A stretch of DNA of 57,357 bases, taken from assembly GCF_006345805.1 (NCBI RefSeq), contig NW_021833606.1, positions 1 through 57,357 of the forward strand. The letters are read 5' to 3'. Of the stretch, positions 12,608 to 25,679 are shown piece after piece. The DNA comes from Octopus sinensis. Taxonomy: Eukaryota. The notes under the pieces are model-generated. The model made no database searches. It saw only the letters and a list, made by a program, of their open reading frames with translations, and was not told the origin of the DNA. Numbering within the stretch: position 1 is the stretch's first letter; each line of letters begins with the position of its first letter. The position numbers and the translations under genes were made by a program.

Positions 12608-12644
12608 TTGAATTTTCTGCTGCTTAAAATAAAGTATATATATA

Positions 12645-12682
<38 letters not shown>

Positions 12683-12917
12683 GTGTGTGTGTATGCATAT
12701 GTATATATATACACCCATACATAGAAAGCTGTCTTTATATATGTGCGTAAATGCATACGCATACCACACATACACACACAGAAAGACAACACACACATAC
12801 ACATGTAATACTATGCGCATGTATACATACATACGCACACGCAAATACAGGCACTAACATATAAAGGAATATCTTGATATATGCGTCTATAAATCTATGT
12901 ATAAATAGACGTATTTC

Positions 12918-12951
<34 letters not shown>

Positions 12952-13004
12952 TTTATGCAAGCATGCATATATATGTGTATATACATAGGTACATATATGT
13001 AGGT

Positions 13005-13504
13005 GCCTGAGTAGCCTGCTTACCAATCACATGGTTCCTGGTTCAGTTCCACTGCGTTGCACCTTGGGCAAGTGTCTTCTGCTACTGCCTGGGGCCGACC
13101 AAAGCCTTGTGAGTGGATTTGGTAAACGGAAACTGAAAGAAGCCCATCGTATACATATATATATATATATATACATAGTGTAATAAATAAAATATATGCA
13201 TACATACAAACATATATGTACGTACCTACATCTACATGTATATATACATATATATATGTGTGTGTGTGTATGTGTGTGTGTGTATGTGTGTGTGTGTGTG
13301 TGTTTGTGTTTGTCCCCCTACCATAGCTTGACAACTGATGGCGGTGTGTTTATGTACCCGTAACTTAGCGGTTCGGAAAAAAGAACGATAGAATAAGTAC
13401 TAGGCCTACAAAGAATAAGTCTTGGGTCGATTTGTTCGACTAAAGGTGGTACTCCAGCATGGCCGCAGTCAAATGACTGAAACAAGTAAAAGAGTAAAGA
13501 GAGT

Positions 13505-13542
<38 letters not shown>

Positions 13543-13966
13543 CTCTCTTTACCCTTTACTCTTCTTAATAAGCGCAGGAGTGGCTGTGTGGTAAGTAGCT
13601 TGCTAACCAACCACATGGTTCCGGGTTCAGTCCCACTGCGTGGCACCTTGGGCAAGTGTCTTCTACTATAGCCTCGGGCCGACCAAAGCCTTGTGAGTGG
13701 TTTTGGTAGACGGAAACTGAAAGAAGCCTGTCGTATATATGTATATATATATATGCGTGTGTGTGTTTGTGTGTCTGTGTTGTCTCCCTAGCATTGCTTG
13801 AACCGATGCTGGTGGTGTTTATGTCCCCGTTTCTTAGCGGTTCGGCAAAAGAGACCGATAGATAAGTACTGGCTTACAAAAGAATAAGTCCCGGGGTCGA
13901 GTTGCTCGATTTAAAGCGGTGCTCCAGCATGGCCGCAGTCAAATGACTGAAACAAGGTAAAAGAGT
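13005..13966 (+). mobile_element. Two tandem group D SINEs
   Basis: Copies at about 13005-13502 and 13575-13966. Confidence 0.88.
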
Positions 13967-14199
13967 AATATATATATATATATATATATGAGTGTGAGTA
14001 TATGTGTGTAGACACAAACACACCACCCACACATATATATATATGTGTGTGTGTGTGTGTATGTACACATATACTCACACTCATACATAATTCAGTTATA
14101 CATATGTCTTCGTCTATGTACATAGCTATGTATATGTTATGTATGGGTGTGTGAGCGAATGTATATGTATATATATGTGGGTATATATATATGTATATA

Positions 14200-14238
<39 letters not shown>

Positions 14239-16183
14239 TATATATGTATATATATATTATATGTGTTGTGTGTGGTGGTGTGTGTGTGTGTGTGTTATGT
14301 GTGTGTGTGTGTGTATGTGTGGTTGTGTGTGTGTGTGTGTTGTGTGTGTGTGTGTGTTGTGTAGGAGAAGAGTAGTGTAGAAGAGCAAAGGTCAGTTTAG
14401 AGGTCAATGAATGCTAGTTAATTTCGTTGTTGAGCAGTGCCATGTTTACAGCAGTTGCGGGTTAATAAACGGTACAGTGTGATGAGCTATGAAGCGGTAC
14501 CAGTCGGTATGGTAGTGCAGTGTTACTCGCAGAGAACGCCAGGCCCACCCAGGGAGGAGGAAGGGTTTTTTGAAGCATTAAAAAGAAGCAACAATGAAAA
14601 TAGAAATATAAAAAGCGGAGCGAAATAAATTACGGTGTTTAATAAAAATATAAAACGGTTTAAACTTTGTAAACTTGTCCATAACGAACGACGTAGAAAT
14701 CTATAGATGCACACTCTCGTCTTCTCGTTAATGAAGAGAGGTGGAGACGGGGGAACCACGAAAATTGAACTAATTTTTGTTTTGGAAGGCGGGGCTTGGT
14801 ATTTAGCGGTTTGGGAATCGCTGTGGTAGGGGTGTATGGTGCGATGTTGTAGCGTTGGCTGTGGTATGGTCGTGTATACTGCAGTGTAGTTGTGTCTGCA
14901 TTAGTGTTGTGGAAGCTGCGGTGCAGTGTAGTTTTGGTTCGTGGCTATGTTGTTGATGCTTATGCCTCAGGTCAGTACTTATCGACCAGACCTATAATCA
15001 AAAGCGTTCCAGCTGCGACCACCCTGTCTTCGTATGCGGTGTGTATATCTATGACTATATCATTGTAACGGTATTCGTTTACACGGTACGTTGTAATTTC
15101 ATGGTGTTCTGGCTGCTATTTCTAGAACCATATAGAACCATATAGAAGCACCTTGTTGACATACACACACATGCGGCAGTGAGATTATCGTGAGGGGGTA
15201 GTTTGTGTTGCAGTGTTGTGCGGTGGGATGCAGTTGGGTACAGTATACTCTGGTAAGGGTGAATTGTTATCGTCTTGTAGCTCCAGGTTATCCCCGAGCA
15301 GAAATATGTTCAACGACGTTCCAACCATGATTATCATGCCTTTTAAATGACTGATGGGTGTGACTTGTGGGAAATCTGGCTGCTATTTCTCACAAGGGGA
15401 GCACACTCGCAGGGGCGCTCTCTGCAATTTATGCTACAGCACAGTGTTGTATACTCGAGTTTTATACATCACTATTGTTGTTACTGTTGCTATTGTTGTT
15501 GTTGCTGCTGTCGTAATTTTTGTTGTTGTTGATGTTGTAGTTGTTGCTGTTGTTTAGCCTTAAGCCGAACCTGATCAAATAAATTTACGATCAATGTCAA
15601 TCCACCCGTGACAATCACCTATGATACTCAACCACACTTACAACATCACACCGTGCCATACCACATCATACCATACAACACTACAGTACACCATATTATA
15701 CCATATCATACTACATCATACACGCTACAACACATCAAGCCTTCATACCATACCACGCTGTATTACACCATACCACCCAACACCACAACATACCATTCCT
15801 CGACACATTGTACCACAACACACAGTACCACTCTGCACTACACCACACCAAACTAGACCACGATATACTCAGCCGCACCTCAACACTACAACATACCGCA
15901 CTACAACGTATAACACAATATAACATTTCCCCGCTTCATTTATACTACGCACTTCACTGCACCAAACTGTACCAGAGATACTGCCCCACATCAAAGCTCA
16001 CGTTAGTTGACTATATGTATACAATACCACTCTATGCCACTGCACATCATATGACACCACTCCAAACTACATCGTACAACAGTGTACCACTCCATACCAT
16101 ACTGCGTTACAATATATCACACTTCACTAAATTGCCCAGCACCATTGTTATACTTAACAACAGTGCCCCGCAACCGGTATACC

Positions 16184-16415
16184 AATTTCTTTACTACCCA
16201 CAAGGGGCTAAACACAGAGAGGACAAACAAAGACAGACGAACGGATTAAGTCGATTACATCGACCCCAGTGCGTAACTGGTACTATATTTATCGACCCCG
16301 AAAGGATGAAAGGCAAAGTCGACCTCGGCGGAATTTGAACTCGGAACGTAGCGGCAGACGAAATACTGCTAAGCATTTCGCCCGGCGTGCTAACGTTTCT
16401 GCCAGCTCGCCGCCT
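16184..16415 (-). mobile_element. Group C SINE with 16-bp TSD
   Basis: CCGCAACCGGTATACC at 16168-16183 and 16423-16438. Confidence 0.92.
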
Positions 16416-17787
16416 TTATATACCGCAACCGGTATACCGTGGCACACTGAATATAATTTTCCCCCTCTATACTTCTAGTTATATTTTTAGTTTAGGTGTG
16501 CCGCCGAATTTTGAAAAGAATATGAGTGTATCACAAATGAAAAAAGGTTGCGGAGTACTGCTCTACAAAACCGCCTTATACCACTCCGCACTGCAACACA
16601 CCACTCCACTACGCCACATATCATCCTATACCAGAGCGCACTATGCACCACACCTGACCACTCCGCACTATGCGTCACATCTGACCACCCCGCACCACAT
16701 TACACCACAACACACCACGCCAAACACCACTCCACTACACGAGGCCAACCACAATACATTGGACTACACTACTCCCCAAACCCTACTACATTGTCACAGT
16801 ACACTGTACTAGACGCTGCTCCACACCACACAACAAAACACTACAATACACCACGCCAAACCCCCAATCCCCCCACAACACGAGACCAAGCATACTGCAG
16901 TAAAACACTCTACACCACCCCCAGACCTCACTACACCACACCACAGTACACTACACGCTGCACCACTCCACACCTTACCACACCACTCTACACCACAATA
17001 CACTAAAATACACGACGCCAAACACCACTCTACTACTCGAGATTAACCTCCTCATTATATCGCACTACGCTACATCGCTCTACACCACTCTACACCACCC
17101 AGGCCCTACTACACTACATCACAGTACACCACACTACATGCTGTTTTACACCATTCCACCTCACTCTACATAAGAGTACTGCACAATACACCACACCAAA
17201 AACCACTCCACAACACGGGACCAACGACAATTCGCCGCACTACACTACAAGACTCTACACCATCCAAGACCCTACTACACCACACCACAGTACACTAAAC
17301 TACACGCTGTACCACACGACACCACACTACACCACTCAACAGCACACTCTGCCAAACGAGAGCAACAATACGAGACCAACCACACTAGACAGAATGTCAC
17401 GTTACTCTACACCACTCTATACCATCCTAGACCCCACTACACCACGCCACAATACACTACACGCTGCACCACACCACACCACACCACACTACACTACACC
17501 ACACCACACAATACACCTCACCAAACCCCACTCCATTACACGAGACCAACCACACTATGTCACTCTACTCTACACCAGACGCCACAATACCATACCACAG
17601 AAACACTACGCTACACGCTGCACCACACCATACCACTCGATACCACAATAAATTACACCAAACATCACCCCACAATACCTGACAACCACGCTACACCACT
17701 CTACAGCCTATCACATCGCACTACATCGTAGCACCCCACAATGCACTTCAACACTCCACACAACACCGCATTATGCCAGGCTACACT

Positions 17788-18417
17788 TAGTGCCGTCTTC
17801 AAACATGGACACGCAGGGCATTTTCCCAGGATAGGGGTGGGGAGAAGGAGCGTGAGTTGAGGAGGTCCAGTTCTGAACTGTGTAATGCTTTGGTTTACTG
17901 TTAACATATAAATACTATTAAGGCGGCGAGCTGGCAGAATCGTTAGCACGCCAGGCAAAAATGCTTGCCGGCATTTCATCCGTCTGTGTGTCCTGAGTTC
18001 AAATTCCGCCGAAGTCGATTTTCCCGTTAATTCTTTCGGGTTTCGGTAAAATTAGTACCAGTTGAGCCCTGGGGTCTATGCCATCACCTTTTCGTTGCGA
18101 TTACTGGCCTTGTGCCAAAATTCGAAACCAATATATAAATACTATAAGGAGGCGAGCTGGTAGAATCGTTAACAACCCTGGCAAAATGCTTGGCGGCATT
18201 TCATCCGTTTACACGTTCTGAGTTCAAATTTCACCGATGTCGACTTTGTCTTTCATCCTTTCTAAGTAACAGTTGAGCTCTAGGGTTGATGTAACCAACT
18301 TAGCCCCTTCCTCGAAGCTACTGGCCTTGTGCCAAAATTTGAAACCAGTATATAAATACTACAGGGTCCAGTACATTGGTTTACCCAGGGATCTATAATA
18401 CCACTAAGACGGCCCTA
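17788..18417. mobile_element. hAT-like MITE containing two group C' SINEs
   Basis: Termini TAGTGCCGTCTT / AAGACGGCCCTA (11/12 inverted match); flanks GCTACACT vs ACTATATT are consistent with a decayed 8-bp TSD. Confidence 0.5.
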
Positions 18418-18490
18418 ACTATATTTCACTACCTCACACTGCATGAGAGAAGGGAATTTCCACGTAGCAAATAAACTGTGGAGGTAGTGT

Positions 18491-18609
18491 GGGGTAGCGG
18501 GTGTTGTGGGGTAGCGGGTGTTGTGGGGTAGCGGGTGTTGTGGGGTAGCGGGTGTTGTGGGGTAGCGGGTGTTGTGGGGTAGCGGGTGTTGTGGGGTAGC
18601 GGGTGTTGT
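18491..18609. repeat. 17-bp minisatellite x7
   Basis: GGGGTAGCGGGTGTTGT repeated seven times. Confidence 0.95.
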
Positions 18610-18721
18610 GTGGTGTGGTATAATTTAGTGCAGTGTAGTGTAGTGTAGTGATGTGTTATGCGGTGTGTTATAATGTAGTGCGTTGTGTTGTAGTATAGTA
18701 TAGAGCTGTGTAGTATAGAGC

Positions 18722-19030
18722 AAGTGTTGTTTGTTCCTTCTCGAGCCACGCCAGGCTCATAAGGGCCGGTTTCCCGGTTTCCTTGGCGTATAGCTTCCCC
18801 ACCTGGACAGGACACTGGTTCGTCGCAGGTGAGCTGCAAGATGCAGGAGGAAAGAGTGAGAGAAAGTTGTGGCGAAAGAGTCAGCAGTAGTTCGCCATTA
18901 CATTCTACCGGAGCCGCGTGGAGCTGAGGTGTTTCGCTCATAAACACACACATAGCCCGGTCTGAGATTCGAACCCGTGATTCCTCGACCGCGAGTCCGC
19001 TGCTCTAACCACTAGGCCATGCGCCTCCAC
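18722..19030 (-). mobile_element. Group B SINE
   Basis: Reverse-complement match to the 5899-6170 unit. Confidence 0.88.
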
Positions 19031-19189
19031 ATAGAGCAGATGTAAGTATAGTATAAAGCAGTGTTGTGCAATGTAGTACAGTGCGCTGTCCTATGGTATG
19101 GTGGAGTGTACTGTGTTGGTTGAAGGGCGGTGCTGTGTAGAGTGAGGTAGTGTCCACTGGCGTAATGCAATGGGAGACGGTATGACGGT

Positions 19190-19424
19190 AAGGCGGCGAG
19201 CTGGCAGAAACGTTAGCACGCCGGGCGAAATGTGTAGCCGTATTTCGTCTGCCGTTACGTTCTGAGTTCAAATTCCGCCGAGGTCGACTTTGCCTTTCAT
19301 CCTTTCGGGGTGATAAATTAAGTACCAGTTACGCACTGGGGTCGATGTAATCGACTTAATCCGTTTGTCTGTCCTTGTTTGTCCCCTCTGTGTTTAGCCC
19401 CTTGTGGGTAGTAAAGAAATAGGT
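19190..19424 (+). mobile_element. Group C SINE
   Basis: GGCGGCGAGCTGGCAG head through ...GTAAAGAAATAGGTAT tail. Confidence 0.9.
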
Positions 19425-19634
19425 ATGGTGAAGTATGGTGAAATAACAAGTAGTGCATTGTATCGTAGGATGCTGTAGTACGGCATAGCGATGAGTATAG
19501 GTGTGCATTTTGAAGGGCTGTGTTATACAGTGTAATGTCGTGTAGCACCATGTAGTGCCATGTGGCCTCCTGTGAGGCGACGCCGTGCATGCAGTGCGAT
19601 GTGATGTGGTGCAATTGATTTGTAGTTTTGTCAT

Positions 19635-19860
19635 ACTCTCTATTTTACTCTTTTAATTGTTTCAGTCATTTGACTGCGGCTATGCTGGAGCACCGCCTTT
19701 AGTCGAGCAAATCGACCCCAGGACTTATTCTTTGTAAGCCTAGTACTTATTCTATCGGTCTCCTTTGCCGAACCGCTAAGTGACGGGGACGTAAACACAC
19801 CAGCATCGGTTGTCAAGCGATGTTGGGGGGGACAAACACAGACGCACACACACACACACA

Positions 19861-19915
<55 letters not shown>

Positions 19916-20078
19916 CACGATGGGCTTCTTTCAGTTTCCGTCTACCAAATCTACTCACAAGGCTTTGGTCGGCCCGGGGCTATAGTAGAAGACATTTGCC
20001 CAAGGTGCCACGCAGTGAGACTGAACCCTGAACCATGTGGTTCGTAAGCAAGCTACGTATCACACAGCCACTCCTACG
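19635..20078 (-). mobile_element. Group D SINE
   Basis: Match to group D consensus. Confidence 0.9.
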
Positions 20079-20125
20079 CCTAATTAAATTTTCCTCTCCT
20101 TCTAGACCCCCTTCGGTTATAAATG

Positions 20126-20365
20126 ACCATGGGATTGCACCGAGAAAGTCACCTCCGAGGCACAAGTACGGGCAAGGTTGTTTATTGGAGACCAGCAATC
20201 ACCTATGCATACCAGCCTCCCTACTCCACGTCACCGATGTTATCCAAGGGAAAGGCAAAGGGGCCGATACAGCTTGTCACCTGTGATGTCGTAACACATT
20301 TCTACAGCTGAATGAACTGGAGCAAAAGTGAAATAAAGTATCTTGCTCAAGAGCACAACACACGC
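20126..20365 (-). mobile_element. Group E SINE, headless
   Basis: Reverse-complement match to 53840-54075. Confidence 0.8.
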
Positions 20366-20756
20366 ACTCTTTCTAATATTTATTTAACCAGCTTCTTTTT
20401 TTAAAAAATAAAACCTATTTTTCTCATAATTTTCTATTTTCTACGCATCTTTTATCTGTTATGTTTTTACTTGTTTTCAGTCATTGGACTGCAGCCATGC
20501 TGAGGTACTGCCTTAAATGGTTTTAGTCGAGCAAATTGACCACAGTACTTTTTGTAAGTCACCTACATATTTTCTCGGTATCTTTTGCCGAACCGTTAGA
20601 TTACGGGGACGTAAAAATAACCAACACCGCTTGTCAAGCTATGGTGACAGACAAACACAAGCACACACGCATACACACACTCACACTCACACACTTACAC
20701 ACACACACACACACACACATTCTCACTCTCTCTCACACATACAGACACACACACAC

Positions 20757-20758
20757 TA

Positions 20759-20819
<61 letters not shown>

Positions 20820-20824
20820 GTCTG

Positions 20825-20891
<67 letters not shown>

Positions 20892-20913
20892 GTCTGTCTA
20901 TCTATCTATCTAC

Positions 20914-21004
<91 letters not shown>

Positions 21005-21039
21005 TCTGTCTGTCTGTCTGTCTATCTATCTGTCTGTCA

Positions 21040-21095
<56 letters not shown>

Positions 21096-21190
21096 TTCTC
21101 CCTCCCCTTCTCTCTCTCTATCTCTGCCCCTCACTCTCTCTCTCTCTCTCTCTTTCTTTCTCTCTCTATCTCTCCCCCCCTCTCTCTCTG
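20757..21190. repeat. (TATC)n/(TGTC)n/(TC)n compound microsatellite
   Basis: Directly visible; similar tracts at 43625-44100, 44515-44960 and 50527-50630. Confidence 0.95.
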
Positions 21191-22426
21191 TTCTCTCTCT
21201 CCAGTTGTTACATGCTCCTCACAGTTCCCTTCGTTCAAGAACCGGAGGGCTGAATGGCTGTCTATGTTCGCACTAGACTACACAAGCACCTCAAAGAATT
21301 AGTGAAAGCGTGGTAGAAGCTACGAGATCACGCTCGCTTACGAGTGACGGCTGAGCAAGTTCAACCGTGCGCGCGCGTGTGTATATATGTGTGTATGTTC
21401 GAGTGTTAAACAATCAGAATCTGAGAAAACTAATGGAGATCTCATAATTAAATCTCAGAATGAGATTGAAACAGTAATCGCTCGATAATGTAAAGTATAG
21501 AAGCCATCTTAACATGGCTAACCACATTGGGGAGGGGGTTGTTACTGTAGCTTTATAGCCCCAAGAGATTTTCGTCTCTAGCTGGCTTTAGACACAATAT
21601 CAGTGTCCTTGGAGTATTTGCAAAGGGAGGCCATCCCTTCCTCGCAAGCCTGAGTGATACGCTCGAACTAGTTTCGGGATTGTTGTCCCTCGTCAACGGG
21701 CGGTAACCACCAGGTCGCGATGAAAGTGAAGGCTCCTTTGCAAATAGATATAAGTTTTTCTAACTTTACATAATGGAGATCTACATCGAGAAAAAGGGGA
21801 AAAAATTGAAATTATTGCTGAAAATTCCAAGTTTTTGCGTTTCGTTTTCCGTTGGTTTGGATGAAGAGTTTTATGGTAATCCAAGAGAGTTAGGACGACG
21901 GGAAATGGCAAAGAGTCTATTACTGTGCAATCTTATGGTTAAGTGGCCAGGAGAGTAAGGGAGAGAGAGAGAGAGTATTTGGGAATGGATCAACGGGAGA
22001 GAGCAGAAAAGTAAGAAAGAAAAGGGTTAAAACGGGAAGGTATGGTCAACTTAATCAACGAGGAAGGGTGCTTTTATTGACCAGGTCAGTGATAAGAAGC
22101 TCCTCAAAAGCTGTATTTCCACCTACTCACTACATAAATAAATAGTCGTACAGAATGAAGGAGGCATGCGCGCGCACACACAGACACACATACGCACACA
22201 CACACATACGCACACACACACACATTTATGCAAGGTATTACATTTACATATGGAGATTGGAAGCTGTCGTGTAGTCTCACTAGTGCGTGACGCATGCACA
22301 CAGACACGTGCATGTACACACACAAACACACATTCTCTCTCTGTCTCTCTTACACACGCATACACAGTGATATTAAAATGAAATTAAAATGAAATTAAAA
22401 ATAACAAAAACAAAATAAAAATGGAT

Positions 22427-22812
22427 TGGAAGCACTCCGTCGGTTACGACGACGAGGGTTCCGGTTGATCCGAATCAACGGAACAGCCTGCTCGTGAAAT
22501 GAACGTGTAAGTGGCTGAGCACTCCACAGACACGTGTACCCTTAACGTAGTTCTCGGGGATATTCAGCGTGACACAGAGAGTGACAAGGCCGGCCCCTTG
22601 AAATACAGGTACAACAGAAACAGGAAGTAAGAGTGAGAGAATGTTATGGTGAAAGAGTACAGCAGGGATCACCACCATCCCCTGCCGGAGCCTCGTGGAG
22701 CTTTTAGGTGTTTTCGCTCAATAAACACTCACAACGCCCGGTCTGGGAATCGGGACCGCGATCCTATGACCGCGAGTCCGCTGCCCTAACCACTGGGCCA
22801 TTGCGCCTCCAC
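22427..22812 (-). mobile_element. Group A SINE
   Basis: Full-length match; A-rich duplicated flank CAAAATAAAAAT. Confidence 0.92.
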
Positions 22813-23144
22813 AAAATAAAAATAAAGATGAAAGGAATATAATTACTAACATAAGCACAAGGCCACACACTTAGTGCAGGTAGGCAAGATAATTAACAAA
22901 ACCTCAATACGTCACATGTATTAATTTATTTTATCGATCACGGAAAGATGAAAAACAAATTTGACCTAGGTAGGATCTGAACCAGAATATAAAACACTGT
23001 TACATAAAAGCGTACGATCGATACGCTAACAATTCTACCAATTCATAACCTATTTGAGGAGGGACATAATAAAGACAGAAGAGAAATGAAAACTTAAATA
23101 AAATTAAAAGGAAATTAATGCATAAATTATGTAAAAGTATTCTG

Positions 23145-23558
23145 GGATCTTTTCGGTTTGAACGGCAGTTTTTTCTAGCGGTGTCATATGAAATTGTCAC
23201 CCATAATTATGACCCTAGAATCGATCTATTGCATTTCAATCTATTTTAGGGTTAGGGGTGGGGGAAGGGTATCTTTTTTTTCTTCACAAATGTAAGTAAA
23301 CCCAATCTGTTTCTTAAACGAGGGACATATTCATACGGCACAGAATGTTTTTTTTTACCTCAATAGACGTCACTGATTGGTTGAAATTGCAGAAATTGAA
23401 GAAAAAAAACAACAAATATCTTACAAACTATAGAATTTTCTCAATAAAGCCAAGAGAAAAAGATGTTTTATAAACACATTCTACCAGTATACGAAGTTTA
23501 AAATTGTTTAGTTACCTAGAAATTATGTTAAAAACTGCCGTTCAAACCGAAAAGATCC
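23145..23558. mobile_element. 414-bp MITE with 29-bp TIRs and perfect 8-bp TSD (Merlin-like)
   Basis: TIR GGATCTTTTCGGTTTGAACGGCAGTTTTT; TSD GTATTCTG at 23137-23144 and 23559-23566; GG termini. Confidence 0.85.
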
Positions 23559-23743
23559 GTATTCTGGATAATGGCCGTAGATAAAAGCAGATGGTGTGAT
23601 ATTAGGAAGTGACGTAGGAGAAAAGTTCATTTAGGCCTCAGGAGAGACGATACTCTGAGAGCGAGAATTGTACGTTGTTCTTTGATTTAAGGAGTATGGT
23701 TTGATACCAAATACACCGAGCAGTTGTTAATATAAATGCAAAA

Positions 23744-23817
23744 TGATTTAGTATGGTACTTAAACTGATTTAGTATGGTACTTAAACTGATTTAGTATGG
23801 TACTTAAACTGATTTAG
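23744..23817. repeat. 22-bp tandem repeat x3.4
   Basis: TGATTTAGTATGGTACTTAAAC. Confidence 0.95.
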
Positions 23818-24139
23818 CCATTCACTGATTACAAGAATGAAGTTTTCAGTTAACGGTTTTGTGGTTGAAGTTTTTGATTAGTTGAGTGTTTCTGTGTCTG
23901 CAAAAATGAGACTAATTAACTTTTAAGGTTTAAATCATTTAAACCTTTATTATTTGCTATATCTAATCATTCGTTCCTACTCTCATGAATAAAGAACAAA
24001 AAAAAAACCCCAAAACACCCCAGAATTGTTTTCTTTCTCGTTTACAGAGAATGACTTTCTTCAAACTCTCCTTCATACATACATACATATATACGCACAT
24101 ACATACACACGTACGTATATACATACATATACATACACA

Positions 24140-24408
24140 CATGGCTCATAAGGGCCGGTTTCCCGGTTTCCTTGGCGTATAGGTTCCCCGCCTGGACGGG
24201 ACGCCGGTCCGTCGGAGGTGAGCTGCTAGCTGCAGGATGAAAGAGTGAGAAAAAGTTGTGGCGAAAAGTCAGCAGAGGTTCGCCATTACCTTCTGCCGGA
24301 GCCAGGCATTTCGCTCGTAATCACACACACACCGCCCGGTCTGAGGTTCGAACCTGCGATCCCTCGACCGTGAGTTCGCTGCTCTAACCACTAGGCCATG
24401 TGCCTCCA
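24140..24408 (-). mobile_element. Group B SINE, internally deleted
   Basis: Head and tail match group B. Confidence 0.82.
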
Positions 24409-24798
24409 CACCGCAAAGTAGTAATGTGTATAAATACAAACTTGTTACCTCTTCAAATATGCTTGAGTCGTATTCGAACGCGTAAGAAACCCATTCGCTG
24501 TATTGTGTCATAGAAAAAATTTTCTGCTTAGACAAATAGGTGTAAATACACCGAGCTGTGCATGTGTTTGTATATGTTCCTATGTTTTGTTTACCGGCGC
24601 AGTCCAGTGTATCACATTGTGCTCTCTTCTGTCAAAGCGTAGCTTAGCTAGCAGAAAACTTGAGATCGATGGAATAAGTACCTGAGTTAGATTAATACGG
24701 GTGTCGATATATGGGTACTCTTGTAAGCAGTCAATGGCTTCATCGGTTAAGTGTCGTACGAAATAACTTGGGCCGCAATGCTGAAGACAAGCACTTAC

Positions 24799-24833
24799 CT
24801 CTTCAGCCAAGCATTCATCGGCGTTTTCTAGAT
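24799..24833 (-). CDS. Candidate 35-nt host microexon, (D)LENADECLAEE
   Basis: Minus strand ctcacttttctttcctcgtag|ATCTAG...GAAGAG|gtaagt: strong acceptor and consensus donor; open in phase 1 to 0. Confidence 0.5.
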
Positions 24834-24860
24834 CTACGAGGAAAGAAAAGTGAGGATTGA

Positions 24861-25367
24861 GAAAGAGGGGTTGTCTGCCATTAAATTTGTTGAAAGAGGG
24901 GTTGTCTGCCATTAAATTTGTTGAAAGAGGGGTTGTCTGCCATTAAATTTGTTGAAAGAGGGGTTGTCTGCCATTAAATTTGTTGAAAGAGGGGTTGTCT
25001 GCCATTAAATTTGTTGAAAGAGGGGTTGTATGCCATTAAATTTGTTGAAAGAGGGGTTGTCTGCCATTAAATTTGTTGAAAGAGGGGTTGTCTGCCATTA
25101 AATTTGTTGAAGAAAGAGGGGTTGTATGCCATTAAATTTGTTGAAAGAGGGGTGTCTGCATTAAATTTGTTGAAAGAGGGGTTGTCTGCCATTAAATTTG
25201 TTGAAAGAGGGGTTGTCTGCCATTAAATTTGTTGAAAGAGGGGTTGTCTGCCATTAAATTTGTTGAAAGAGGGGTTGTCTGCCATTAAATTTGTTGAAAG
25301 ATGGGTTGTCTGCCATTAAATTTGTTGAAAGATGGGTTGTCTGCCATTAAATTTGTTGAAAGAGGGG
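24861..25367. repeat. 31-bp minisatellite, about 16 copies
   Basis: GAAAGAGGGGTTGTCTGCCATTAAATTTGTT, highly homogeneous. Confidence 0.97.
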
Positions 25368-25679
25368 TAAATGTAGCGAGAGTGGCCCGAGTAAATGGAC
25401 TAACTCTACGCATGCATCTGTAGGCTGAAATTTACGGAGGGGAGAGAAGCATTTACCATAGAACATTCGATGAACAAAGTGACTCGGAATCTGTGGGGTT
25501 CCTTAGTCGGTTTCGGTGGTGCTCCTCGCTATTGGGGAATTTGATTGCTTATAATTTTATGTTTGAAATATTTTTTATTGTTTACACGTGTTTTATACAA
25601 ACCCCACCATCCATTGTTTTGTATCGTCCTTTTGCTTTTTTATGCAACCCTTGTGTCTAATAAAGAGAGAATTATTATT

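Larger units (their letters stand above)
14790..19620. repeat. Degenerate pentamer-based (CACTA/CACCA/TACCA) satellite domain with orientation switches
   Basis: GTG-rich about 14790-15250, CAC-rich about 15600-17780, GTG-rich about 18480-19620; interrupted by SINEs. Confidence 0.75.

Noticed and set aside
24861-25367. CRISPR-like array
   Set aside because: Units are contiguous with no unique spacers, and the context is eukaryotic.
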